Source of the DNA: Propionibacterium ruminifibrarum
Lineage (GTDB): Bacteria > Actinomycetota > Actinomycetes > Propionibacteriales > Propionibacteriaceae
Assembly: GCF_900289195.1 (NCBI RefSeq)
Contig: NZ_OMOH01000007.1
Span: forward strand, 60,001 to 92,000
Direction: 5' to 3'
Length of the DNA: 32,000 nucleotides
The first letter of the stretch is position 1, and each line of letters opens with the position of its first letter. Shown here one piece after another: positions 1 to 8,118 of the stretch. The notes beneath the pieces are model-generated. The model made no database searches. It saw nothing but the letters and a program-made list of their open reading frames with translations, and was not told where the DNA came from. A program made the translations under genes and the position numbers.

Positions 1-474
1 TACTGCGTGCCGGCGGCGATGGGCGCCAAGGTGGGTGCGCCCGACAAGGTGGTCGTCGGCGTCGACGGCGACGGCTGCTTCCAGATGACCAACCAGGAGC
101 TCGTCACCTGCGCGCTCAACCACATCCCGGTGAAGATCGCGGTGATCAACAACAGCGCTCTCGGCATGGTGCGGCAGTGGCAGTCGCTGTTCTACAACGA
201 GCGCTACTCGCACACCGACCTGAACTCCGACCAGCTGCCGGACATCCCGAAACTGGCCGAGGCCATGGGCGCGGTCGGTCTGCGGGCGACCACCGAGACC
301 GAGGTCGACGAGGTCCTGGCCCGGGCCGCCGAGATCAACGACGCCCCGGTCGTCATGGAGTTCGTCTGCGAGAAGGACGCCATGGTCTGGCCGATGGTCG
401 CCGCCGGCACAAGCAACGATGACATCAAGATCGCGCGCGACATGGCGCCGAACTGGGGGGAGGACGAGCTGTGA
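1..474 (+). CDS. ilvB: acetolactate synthase large (catalytic) subunit, C-terminal fragment; the 5' end lies outside the window
   Basis: The frame is open from base 1 ([34 protein letters not shown]...). GDGxF...N is the ThDP-binding motif of AHAS/TPP enzymes. The stop overlaps the ilvN start (GTGA at 471-474). Confidence 0.9.
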   Translation, partial: YCVPAAMGAKVGAPDKVVVGVDGDGCFQMTNQELVTCALNHIPVKIAVINNSALGMVRQWQSLFYNERYSHTDLNSDQLPDIPKLAEAMGAVGLRATTETEVDEVLARAAEINDAPVVMEFVCEKDAMVWPMVAAGTSNDDIKIARDMAPNWGEDEL

Positions 475-998
475 GAACTCATACGCTCAGTGTTCTGGTG
501 AGCAACAAGTCCGGCGTGCTCGCGCGCGTCGTGGGCCTGATCTCCAGGCGCGGCTTCAACATCGATTCCCTGTCCGTGGGCACCACCGAGCACCCCGACG
601 TCTCGCGCATGACCATCGTCATGGCCGTCGAGGACGAGCGGGTCATCGAGCAGGTCGTCAAGCAGCTGAACAAGCTCATCGAGGTCTACAAGATCGTCGA
701 GCTCGAGGCCAACGCGGTCAACCACGAGATGCTGCTCGTCAAGGTGAGCTGCACCGATTCGACGCGGTCGGCCGTGATCGACATCACCAATCTGTTCCGC
801 GGACACATCGTCGACGTGAGCCCGGATTCTGTGACCATTGAGGTCACCGGGGGGCGGCAGAAGATCGACTCCTTCAGCGCGATGGTCTCCTCCTACGGCA
901 TCATCGAGATGGTGCAGTCGGGCCAGGTCGCCCTGGGCCGCGGGAGCAGAAGCATCAACGAGAAGAAACGTCCGGCTCTGGCCAAGCACAAGGGCTGA
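471..998 (+). CDS. ilvN: acetolactate synthase small (regulatory) subunit
   Basis: 175 aa. The N-terminal ACT domain ([34 protein letters not shown]) is typical of IlvN/IlvH. The GTG start is coupled to the ilvB stop, and ilvC follows. Confidence 0.92.
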   Translation: MRTHTLSVLVSNKSGVLARVVGLISRRGFNIDSLSVGTTEHPDVSRMTIVMAVEDERVIEQVVKQLNKLIEVYKIVELEANAVNHEMLLVKVSCTDSTRSAVIDITNLFRGHIVDVSPDSVTIEVTGGRQKIDSFSAMVSSYGIIEMVQSGQVALGRGSRSINEKKRPALAKHKG

Positions 999-1028
999 GC
1001 GCGGGAACCACACACAACAGGAGTAGCA

Positions 1029-2057
1029 ATGGCAGAATTGTTCCACGAGGATGACGCCGACCTTTCGGTGATCCAGTCGAAGACGGTGGCCGTCATCGGT
1101 TACGGCTCACAGGGCCACGCCCATGCGCTCAACCTGCGCGACTCGGGCGTCAACGTCGTCGTCGGCCTGCGCGCCGGGTCCAGCTCCGTCGCGAAGGCCG
1201 AGGAGGTGGGCCTGACCGTCAAGTCGGTCGAGGACGCCGTCAAGGAAGGCGATGTCGTCGTCATCCTCGCCCCCGACCAGGTCCAGTCCACGATCTACAC
1301 CGAGCAGATCGAGCCCAACCTGAAGCCCGGCGCGGCCCTGCTGTTCGCTCACGGTTTCAACATCCACTTCGGTTACATCAAGCCCGCCGCCGGCCACGAC
1401 GTCATCATGGTCGCCCCCAAGGGCCCCGGCCACACCGTGCGCCGCGAGTACGAGGCCGGCCGTGGTGTCCCGGTGCTGGTCTGCGTCGAGCAGGACGCCT
1501 CCGGGCAGGCCTGGCCGCTGGTCCTGTCCTACGCCAAGGCCATCGGGGGCACCCGCGCAGGGGCCTTCAAGACGACCTTCCGAGAGGAAACCGAGACCGA
1601 CCTGTTCGGCGAGCAGAGCGTCCTGTGCGGCGGCCTGTCCAAGCTGATCCAGACCGGCTTCGAGGTGCTCGTGGAGGCCGGCTACCAGCCCGAGATGGCC
1701 TACTTCGAGGTCTGCCACGAGATGAAGCTGATCGTCGACCTCATCAACGAGGGCGGCATCTCCAAGCAGCGCTGGTCCTGCTCCGACACCGCCGAGTATG
1801 GCGACTACATCTCCGGCCCGCGCGTGATCGGCCCGGAGGTCAAGGAGCACATGAAGGGTGTCCTGTCCGACATCCAGGACGGCTCCTTCGCCAAGCGCTT
1901 CATGGACGACCAGGCCGCCGGCGCCCCGGAGTTCAAGCGCCTGCGTGCCGAGGGCGAGGCGCACCCGATCGAGGCCGTCGGCAAGCAGATCCGCTCGCTG
2001 TTCAGCTGGAGCGAGGACATCGACAAGGACTACGTCGAGGGTTCCGCCGCGCGCTGA
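1029..2057 (+). CDS. ilvC: ketol-acid reductoisomerase (class I)
   Basis: 342 aa. It has the Rossmann motif [21 protein letters not shown] and a conserved KARI core ([18 protein letters not shown]). It sits in ilvBNC order. Confidence 0.95.
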   Translation: MAELFHEDDADLSVIQSKTVAVIGYGSQGHAHALNLRDSGVNVVVGLRAGSSSVAKAEEVGLTVKSVEDAVKEGDVVVILAPDQVQSTIYTEQIEPNLKPGAALLFAHGFNIHFGYIKPAAGHDVIMVAPKGPGHTVRREYEAGRGVPVLVCVEQDASGQAWPLVLSYAKAIGGTRAGAFKTTFREETETDLFGEQSVLCGGLSKLIQTGFEVLVEAGYQPEMAYFEVCHEMKLIVDLINEGGISKQRWSCSDTAEYGDYISGPRVIGPEVKEHMKGVLSDIQDGSFAKRFMDDQAAGAPEFKRLRAEGEAHPIEAVGKQIRSLFSWSEDIDKDYVEGSAAR

Positions 2058-2091
2058 CCGCGCTGCGGCGTTCGTCCGATCGCAGAGCAAC

Positions 2092-2132
2092 CGGCCAGGG
2101 CCCCGCACCACGACGGTGCGGGGCCCTGGCCG
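2092..2132. terminator. bidirectional hairpin terminator between the convergent ilvC and SorC-family genes
   Basis: Perfect 18-bp GC-rich inverted repeat, cggccagggccccgcacc (2092-2109) / ggtgcggggccctggccg (2115-2132), with a 5-nt loop. It lies between stops at 2057 (+) and 2154 (-). There is no U-tract. Confidence 0.7.
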
Positions 2133-2153
2133 TGCCCGGGCGGGCGGCCCGGC

Positions 2154-3101
2154 TCAGTCGCCGGCCAGCGCCAGCACCGCCCGGGCCGTGGGCACGTCCG
2201 TCACGAGGGTCGACATGAGCCCGCCGCGCAGGCAGCCCAGGATGGCGGGGGCCTTGCTCCGGCCCCAGGCCACCGCGATGACGTTCTGAATGCCCTTCAG
2301 CCGCTCGAAGGGCACCGCGAGCAGGCGCTGGCAGAAACGGGAGTCCACGTGGTTGCCCTGCTCGTCGATGTGGTGGCCGCAGATGTGCCCCACCGAACCG
2401 GCCCTGAGCAGTTCGTCGTGCTCGGCGGCGGTGATGTAGCTGTCGAAGATGACGCCGTCGTGGCTGCGGGTGGTGGCGCCGATACCGGTGAGCATGACAT
2501 CGGCGTGCCCGGCCATGGCCAGGGTCATCGACACCGATTCCTCACGCCGCAGCGCGACGGCCACCCTGGGGGAGCGGACGACCAGCGGGGCCGGCAGCAG
2601 CCGGTAGGAGGCCTTCAGGTGCTGGGCCAGCTGCCGGCAGATCTCGGGGGAGTCCACCGAGTTGTTGTCCTGGGCGATCGTGCCGATGGACTGGACGATG
2701 GTCGCGTCCGGGCGGTGCAGCGGGGCCATCGCATGCACGACGTGGGGCACCGAGTGCCCGTTGGTGATGGCCAGCACGCAGTCGGGGCTGATGGCCTCGC
2801 CGAGCAGGCCGGCCGCCAGGCGGGAGACGTCCGAGACGTCCTGCCCGGCGTCCTCGGCCGAGACGCGCACCTGCGTGAGACCGAACCTGTCGGTGAGCGC
2901 CTGCTCCAGTTCGAAGGCGCGTTCGAGCGGGTGCCCGACGGTGAACCGGATGATGCCGAGCTCGCGGGCCTGCCGCAGCATGCGGGAGACCATCGAGCGG
3001 GAGTAGCCGATCTCGGCGGCGATGTCGGCCTGGCTGCGGTCGTCGATCCAATAGGCGCGCGCCACCTGCAGCAGCAGGGGGAGCTGGTCACGGTCAACCA
3101 T
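2154..3101 (-). CDS. SorC/DeoR-type sugar-binding transcriptional regulator
   Basis: I trimmed the 425-aa track ORF to the ATG at 3101 (MVDRDQLPLLLQVARAYW...), which has GAGG about 6 nt upstream. It has an N-terminal HTH (SQADIAAEIGYSRSMVSRMLRQARELGIIRF) followed by a SorC-type sugar-phosphate-binding domain. The upstream 110 codons look like a non-coding Arg/Pro-rich translation. Confidence 0.8.
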   Translation of the reverse strand: MVDRDQLPLLLQVARAYWIDDRSQADIAAEIGYSRSMVSRMLRQARELGIIRFTVGHPLERAFELEQALTDRFGLTQVRVSAEDAGQDVSDVSRLAAGLLGEAISPDCVLAITNGHSVPHVVHAMAPLHRPDATIVQSIGTIAQDNNSVDSPEICRQLAQHLKASYRLLPAPLVVRSPRVAVALRREESVSMTLAMAGHADVMLTGIGATTRSHDGVIFDSYITAAEHDELLRAGSVGHICGHHIDEQGNHVDSRFCQRLLAVPFERLKGIQNVIAVAWGRSKAPAILGCLRGGLMSTLVTDVPTARAVLALAGD

Positions 3102-3423
3102 GTCTGCCTCGCGGGTGTGCACGTCGGTGAGGGGAGCGAACGCCCTCACCGTCCAGTCTAGGGCGGTTCCCGGCTGGTCTGGCTCTCTCATGCCGCAGCG
3201 GGATGCACGTGTGTGAGAAACGGCGCCGCGTGCCCGCCGCTGGGCGCGAGGCGACGACCACCCCGAGCGGGCAATGCAGCCGCGGAGTGCGGGAACGGCC
3301 CCGGCCTCGTCGTGCCCGGCCGGGCGCGGCCCTGAGCGTTGCGGCACCGGGCGCCGCGTACCTGCTCGTGGGTCGGTGCGGCAATAATGATCATCGCGAT
3401 GAATCATGGCCGGAGGAATCGAC

Positions 3424-4446
3424 ATGAACACCTATGAGATCGCGTTCGACCCCGAACCCGACACCAAGGCGACGCTCCTGCGGGAGTTCCTCCTCCCGTG
3501 TCGACAGCACGGGAGATGGCACTACTACCTCGATCTGCCGATGACGATCCTCCGGGAGGCCGAGACGGTCGCGCAGGCCGTCGAGGCGGCCGAGCGCGAC
3601 TTCCCCCAGCTGGTCATCGTCTCGGCTCGGCAGATCGTGCCGTTCCCCAATCCGAGTTGGGACGAGCTCAGGAAGGTGCTCGACGAGGCCTTCGGCGACG
3701 AACCGGCGCTCACCACCAACGTCCGGGACGTCGTGCACGTCATCGGTGCCCTGGAGGCGCACTACGCCCCCGGCATGATGACGTACCAGATCGTGGAGGA
3801 CGAGGACGACGTCGTCAGCAGGTACAGCCCGTGGGTCGCGCTCGAGATCGAGGACCCGCTCCGCGGCCTGTACCGGGGCGACACATTGTTCCGGGTCGGC
3901 GATCTGCTCCCCGACCCCCACGTTCAGGCCAGCGACCTCGAGGGCTCTCTCGACCCGAAGGACGTGTGCCGCGACCTGGACACATTCGTCGCCTGGCGGG
4001 TCGTCCGCACATTGCGGGCACTGGTGGGAGCGGACGCGCGCCAACTCCACGCCGAGCTGCATGCGGACGGGTTCATCGACTGGGAGGCACGACGGGGGAA
4101 CCCCGAGTGCCACCAGTGTGGTCTGCCCACCGCCCGCCGCGACGAGGCCTGGTACTGCGACTCCTGCGGCGCCCAGCCGACGCTCGACGCGATCATCCAG
4201 ACGCTTCGCGACGACTACGACTGCACCGTCACCCACACGGCCGGCTCACACCATGCCCCCGCGCGTCTGCAGGTGACGCTGCCCGGGAGCGACGCGCTGG
4301 ACGAGATGCTGACGAACCTTCAGCGCGTCATCGGCCGCCGGATGGTCCTCCCCGCCACCGCCGACACCGCAGCACCCGTCACCGTCGGGCCGGTCACGAT
4401 CGGTGACGAGACATTCGTGGTCGTGGTCGAACCCTCGGCCACGTGA
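3424..4446 (+). CDS. hypothetical acidic cytoplasmic protein with an internal four-Cys zinc ribbon (CxxC-x12-CxxC)
   Basis: I chose the ATG at 3424 over 3406 because GGAGGA at 3412-3417 lies 6 nt upstream. Third-position G/C is strongly biased throughout. The motif is CHQCG...YCDSCG (Cys229/232/245/248). I see no TM segment or signal peptide and recognise no family. Confidence 0.7.
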   Translation: MNTYEIAFDPEPDTKATLLREFLLPCRQHGRWHYYLDLPMTILREAETVAQAVEAAERDFPQLVIVSARQIVPFPNPSWDELRKVLDEAFGDEPALTTNVRDVVHVIGALEAHYAPGMMTYQIVEDEDDVVSRYSPWVALEIEDPLRGLYRGDTLFRVGDLLPDPHVQASDLEGSLDPKDVCRDLDTFVAWRVVRTLRALVGADARQLHAELHADGFIDWEARRGNPECHQCGLPTARRDEAWYCDSCGAQPTLDAIIQTLRDDYDCTVTHTAGSHHAPARLQVTLPGSDALDEMLTNLQRVIGRRMVLPATADTAAPVTVGPVTIGDETFVVVVEPSAT

Positions 4447-4490
4447 GGACCGTTCCGCACCACCGATGCGGCTCCGAGGGCCTCGGAACA

Positions 4491-4532
4491 GACGGCCCCG
4501 CCCCGTGCGGTAGTGCGCAGGGCGGGGCCGTC
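4491..4532. terminator. hairpin between the convergent hypothetical and reductase genes
   Basis: 13-bp perfect stem, gacggccccgccc (4491-4503) / gggcggggccgtc (4520-4532), with a 16-nt loop. It lies between stops at 4446 (+) and 4540 (-). Confidence 0.55.
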
Positions 4533-4539
4533 CGCCGGG

Positions 4540-6456
4540 TCATTCCATGATGCGGATGGCGTGGTAGCCCTCGTGGATGGCGTCGAGGATCTTGCGCGGG
4601 CCGACCGCGTCACCGATGACGGCGACGTCGTCGCAGACCGCCAGGCAGGCCTCCTCCAGTTCATCGAAGGCGGTGAAACCGACGGCGTTCAGGACGGTGT
4701 CGGCCGGGATCGTCACGGTCTCGCCGTCCTTCTCGTAGCTGAGCGAGTCGGGCGCGATATCGGACACCGTGGCGCCGGTGACGACGGTCACACCCCGATC
4801 GGCCACCATCTTGCGCAGGTGCTGGTCGTTGTTGAGGCAGTGCGCAGCGGTGGCGAGGATGTCGGGGAGCATCTCCACGATGGTCACGCTGTCGGCGTCG
4901 GGTGCGATGGCGCACGCCGCCTCGGTGCCGGCCAAGCCGCCACCGATGACCACGACGTTCCGCCCGACCTCGGCCTGGTGCGTGAGGTACTTCGTGACGG
5001 GAATGGCGTTCTCGATGCCCGGGATCGGCGGCACCGCCGGAACCGATCCCGTCGCCAGGATGATCTTGTCGGCCTTGACCTCCGCCAGCGTCTCGGGTGT
5101 CGCCTCCTTGCCCAGCGTGATGGTCACGCCCAGCTTGCGGCACTGGGTCTCCATGGACTCGATGAGGCGGATGATGTCGCGCTTGAAGTCGGGGCCGCCG
5201 GCGGGCCACAGGGTACCGCCGAGTCTTTCGGACTTCTCCAGCAATTCGACGTCGAAACCCCGCTGACGCGCGGTGATGGCCGCCTCCATGCCCCCGGGGC
5301 CGCCGCCGATCACGAGCACCGACCGTTTGGTGCCGTCCGGCTTCGGCAGGGCGTAGGCCTTCTCCGCGTAGCACTGGGGGTTTACCGCGCAGTAGTAGTG
5401 CTTGCCCGAGAAACCGGCGAGCAGGCACTCGTTGCAGCCGATGCAGGGACGGATGTCCTCATACCGTCCCTGTTGGACCTTCCTCGGCCAGTACGGGTCT
5501 GCCAGCAGCTGGTGGGCGAGACCGACGTAGTCGAGGGTGCCCTCCTCGACCACCTTCCTGGCGAGGTCGGGTTCGATGAGTTTGCCGTCGCCCATCAGCG
5601 GAACGGACACGACCTCGCGGATGGCCCGCTGGACGTCGAGTTTGTGACCGGGTGCCGAGTAGACGGTCGTGATCGCCTGGAACCACTCCTCGTAGCAGCC
5701 CGCGTCGACGAGCAGCGCGTCGACACCGGCCCGCTCCAGGATCCTGGCCATCTCGACCCCCTCGTCGAGGGTGCGGAAACCCTCCACGCGCTGATGCGGG
5801 GTGAACTTGACGATGAGGGGCATGCCCGCCGGGATGTTCGAGCGCATGGCCTCGATGCACTCGAGTGTGAAGCGCATGCGGTTCTCGAGGCTGCCGCCGT
5901 ACTCGTCGGTGCGGTTGTTCCACTGGGGGGAGTGGAACTGGTCGAGCAGATATCCGCCATAGGCGTGCAGCATCACGGCGTCCGCGCCGGCATTGACGGC
6001 GAGGCTCGAGGAATAGCCGACGCGTTCGACGAGGTAGTGGATGTCGTCGACGGCGAATGGCTTGCAGATCAGGTCGGGGAACCAGAAGGAGCTCACCGAA
6101 CCGGCCGAGTAGGGCGGGGTGAAGGGATCGGTGAACTGCTGGCGGCCGAGACCGGGGGAGAGCTGAACGCAGACCTTCGCCCCCCAGTGGTGGCAGCGGT
6201 CGATGAGCATGTTGAGGCGTTCCACGTGGTGGAAGTCCGAGAGCTCCGTGCAGGGGCGGGGCTCGTACCGGGTGGAGACCACGTTGGCCCCGGTGATGAG
6301 CAGGCCGGCGCCGCCCTTCGCGCGTTCCTCGAAGTAGTCGATGCCCTCGTTGCAGTAGGCGCCGTCGGCCTCGCCGGTCGTTCCCATGGGGGACATGAAG
6401 ATCCGGTTCTTGAGTCTCATTGTGCCGATGCGCGTGCGGTCGAACAGGGTTCTCAT
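4540..6456 (-). CDS. 2-enoate reductase / 2,4-dienoyl-CoA reductase-family flavoenzyme (OYE-like FMN domain, 4Fe-4S, FAD/NAD(P) domain)
   Basis: The start is set at the ATG at 6456 (MRTLFDRTRIG...), with GGGAGGGGAG upstream. It has an OYE TIM-barrel N-domain and the Cys cluster CIGCNECLLAGFSGKHYYCAVNPQC. Two dinucleotide-binding motifs follow (VLVIGGGPGG, VVVIGGGLAG). Confidence 0.85.
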   Translation of the reverse strand: MRTLFDRTRIGTMRLKNRIFMSPMGTTGEADGAYCNEGIDYFEERAKGGAGLLITGANVVSTRYEPRPCTELSDFHHVERLNMLIDRCHHWGAKVCVQLSPGLGRQQFTDPFTPPYSAGSVSSFWFPDLICKPFAVDDIHYLVERVGYSSSLAVNAGADAVMLHAYGGYLLDQFHSPQWNNRTDEYGGSLENRMRFTLECIEAMRSNIPAGMPLIVKFTPHQRVEGFRTLDEGVEMARILERAGVDALLVDAGCYEEWFQAITTVYSAPGHKLDVQRAIREVVSVPLMGDGKLIEPDLARKVVEEGTLDYVGLAHQLLADPYWPRKVQQGRYEDIRPCIGCNECLLAGFSGKHYYCAVNPQCYAEKAYALPKPDGTKRSVLVIGGGPGGMEAAITARQRGFDVELLEKSERLGGTLWPAGGPDFKRDIIRLIESMETQCRKLGVTITLGKEATPETLAEVKADKIILATGSVPAVPPIPGIENAIPVTKYLTHQAEVGRNVVVIGGGLAGTEAACAIAPDADSVTIVEMLPDILATAAHCLNNDQHLRKMVADRGVTVVTGATVSDIAPDSLSYEKDGETVTIPADTVLNAVGFTAFDELEEACLAVCDDVAVIGDAVGPRKILDAIHEGYHAIRIME

Positions 6457-6901
6457 GGCTCTCCCCTCCCTCTGGCACGGAGCCATTCTTGTGGGCATGG
6501 TAAGACGCGGTTGTTTTCCTGCGCATCGAAAATGAACGAAGAATTCCCGCTGATTCTGTTAAACTTCTGAAGCCCCGTCTCCGCTCAATTCTTCGACGTC
6601 AGAAAAGCCTTTCCTCATCCCGGGGAATTCTTCTCGATGTATTTGCGCTGGTCGATGGCTCCTGTTGCTCAGGACTCCCGGTTGGCCCGGCACGGGATCC
6701 TCTTCCGAGGCGAGGACCGAGGCCCTGCCGGTCCGTGGTGCCGCGTGGCGGCTGATCCCTCCCCGGACTCCGCAGACAGTTCGCCATTCCAGCAGCAGCC
6801 TGCCGCCCCGCGTGGGCTGCAGGCTCGGTCCCGAGCTCATCCTGTTCCGCGGCGGCGACCCCGCCGCCCCGCGCCGGCGGTCGACCCAGGGTGAGAGCTG
6901 G

Positions 6902-6915
6902 TTCACAAATGTTCA
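6902..6915. promoter_or_regulatory. candidate operator, copy 1 of the TTCACAnATGTTCA motif
   Basis: TTCACAAATGTTCA lies in the AT-rich patch about 205 bp upstream of the lactonase ATG. It matches the copy at 6997-7010 at 13 of 14 positions. Confidence 0.35.
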
Positions 6916-6996
6916 TCATTTGAAGGCTCTTGAAGAGGGCTGCACCCGAGTGATCGGCGTTTTCCCCTCGTCACGTTAATATTCAATGAGTTTGGA

Positions 6997-7010
6997 TTCA
7001 CATATGTTCA
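6997..7010. promoter_or_regulatory. candidate operator, copy 2 of the TTCACAnATGTTCA motif, within a promoter-like AT-rich segment
   Basis: TTCACATATGTTCA contains the palindrome ACATATGT and lies 111 bp upstream of the ATG at 7121. Nearby TANNNT hexamers (TAATAT 6976-6981, TATGTT 7003-7008) could serve as -10 elements. Confidence 0.35.
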
Positions 7011-7120
7011 CAGTCGGTGTTGCTGGCAGGAGGTGTGGCGGGCGATAAAGGAGGTGCGGCGCACGCCCCGCGACGTGGCGGGAGCCGTAGCAATCGCACT
7101 GCGAGGAAGGAACTCAAACC

Positions 7121-8113
7121 ATGGCCATCGTCCGTACGATCACCGGCGACGTGGCGCCCGAGAGCCTCGGTGTCGTCAATGCCCACGATCACCTCATCCG
7201 CGTCGGAGCCGGCGAGGTCTACATCGACCCCGATCACCTGCTCGACGACGTCGACAAGGCGGCCCAGGAGGCCCGCTACTTCGTCGAGGCCGCCAAGCGC
7301 TGGTCGCCCAATGCAACAGTCATCGACATGTGTCCGGCCTCCAGCGGCCGCGGCGTCCTCAAGACCCTCGAGGTCGTCGAGAAGGTCCCCGGCCTGCACG
7401 TGGTGCAGGCCACCGGCTTCCACCAGCAGAAGGTCTACCTCGAGTGGCGCCAGAGCTGGGTCAACCAGTACACCGTCAACCAGATCGCCGACCTGCTCAT
7501 CGCCGACATCGTCGAGGGCATCGACCGTTTCGACTACATGGGCCCGATCGTCGAGCGCACCACCGTCAAGGCCGGCGTCATCAAGTGGGCCACCGCCTAC
7601 GGAAAGATCACCGACTGGGAGCGCAAGTCGGGCAAGGCCGTCGCCATCGCCTCCAAGGAGACCGGGGCGCCGATCAACACCCATGTCACCGCGGGCACCT
7701 GCGGGCCGGAGCAGGCCCGTTTCCTGGTTGACGAGGGCGTCGACCCCGCCAAGATCGCCATCGGCCACATCCAGCGCAACTGGGACCCGTGGGTCAGCGA
7801 GCAGATCACCAAGCTCGGCTGCTACGTGGAGTTCGACGGCACCAACCGCATCAAGTACGTGCCCGACAACGCCCGCGTCAACCTGCTGCGGGTACTCGGC
7901 GAGAAGGGCTACGGCAAGCAGATCCTGCTCGGCACGGACTCCGGCAAGGCCTCGTACCAGAAGGTCTACGGCTCGGTCTCGGGTCTTGACTACGACCCCG
8001 CGGTCTTCGCCCCGCGCCTGCTCGACGACGAGGGCTTCGAGGAGTCCTATGTCGAGGACCTGCTGATCAACAACGCCAAGACGTTCTTCGCCTTCGACCC
8101 GCAGAGGGGCTGA
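7121..8113 (+). CDS. phosphotriesterase-homology (PTE/PHP, COG1735) amidohydrolase; probable (phospho)sugar-lactone lactonase
   Basis: 330 aa, with RBS GAGGAAGG at 7103-7110. The binuclear-metal ligand set appears intact: H22-x-H24 (NAHDHL), the Lys of GVIKWAT (carboxylated-lysine position), INTHVT, IGHIQ and LLGTDSG. Confidence 0.8.
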   Translation: MAIVRTITGDVAPESLGVVNAHDHLIRVGAGEVYIDPDHLLDDVDKAAQEARYFVEAAKRWSPNATVIDMCPASSGRGVLKTLEVVEKVPGLHVVQATGFHQQKVYLEWRQSWVNQYTVNQIADLLIADIVEGIDRFDYMGPIVERTTVKAGVIKWATAYGKITDWERKSGKAVAIASKETGAPINTHVTAGTCGPEQARFLVDEGVDPAKIAIGHIQRNWDPWVSEQITKLGCYVEFDGTNRIKYVPDNARVNLLRVLGEKGYGKQILLGTDSGKASYQKVYGSVSGLDYDPAVFAPRLLDDEGFEESYVEDLLINNAKTFFAFDPQRG

Positions 8114-8118
8114 CCGAC

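Noticed and set aside
3102-3431. N-terminal 110-codon extension of the SorC-family ORF
   Set aside because: The extension lacks coding character (Arg/Pro/Ala-rich) and would add a non-homologous head in front of the HTH. The internal ATG at 3101 has a GAGG RBS and gives a typical SorC length of about 315 aa.
3391-4236. 281-aa minus ORF antisense to the zinc-ribbon gene
   Set aside because: The plus frame has the strong third-position G/C bias and an RBS. The minus frame is a typical shadow ORF.
4513-6570. 685-aa plus-strand ORF
   Set aside because: It is fully antisense to the well-supported enoate-reductase gene. Its translation is a low-complexity Gly/Val/Asp/Arg string typical of a shadow frame in high-GC DNA, and it has no recognisable motif.
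6559-6979. Four overlapping 85-115-aa ORFs in the long intergenic region
   Set aside because: They exclude one another. All are low-complexity, lack RBSs and have mixed third-position composition. I report the region as an unexplained non-coding block instead.
7017-8066. 349-aa and 232-aa alternative-frame ORFs over the lactonase gene, and 6998-7768 on the minus strand
   Set aside because: These are Ser/Arg/Pro/Thr-rich shadow frames. The 7121-8113 frame alone carries the amidohydrolase metal-ligand pattern.
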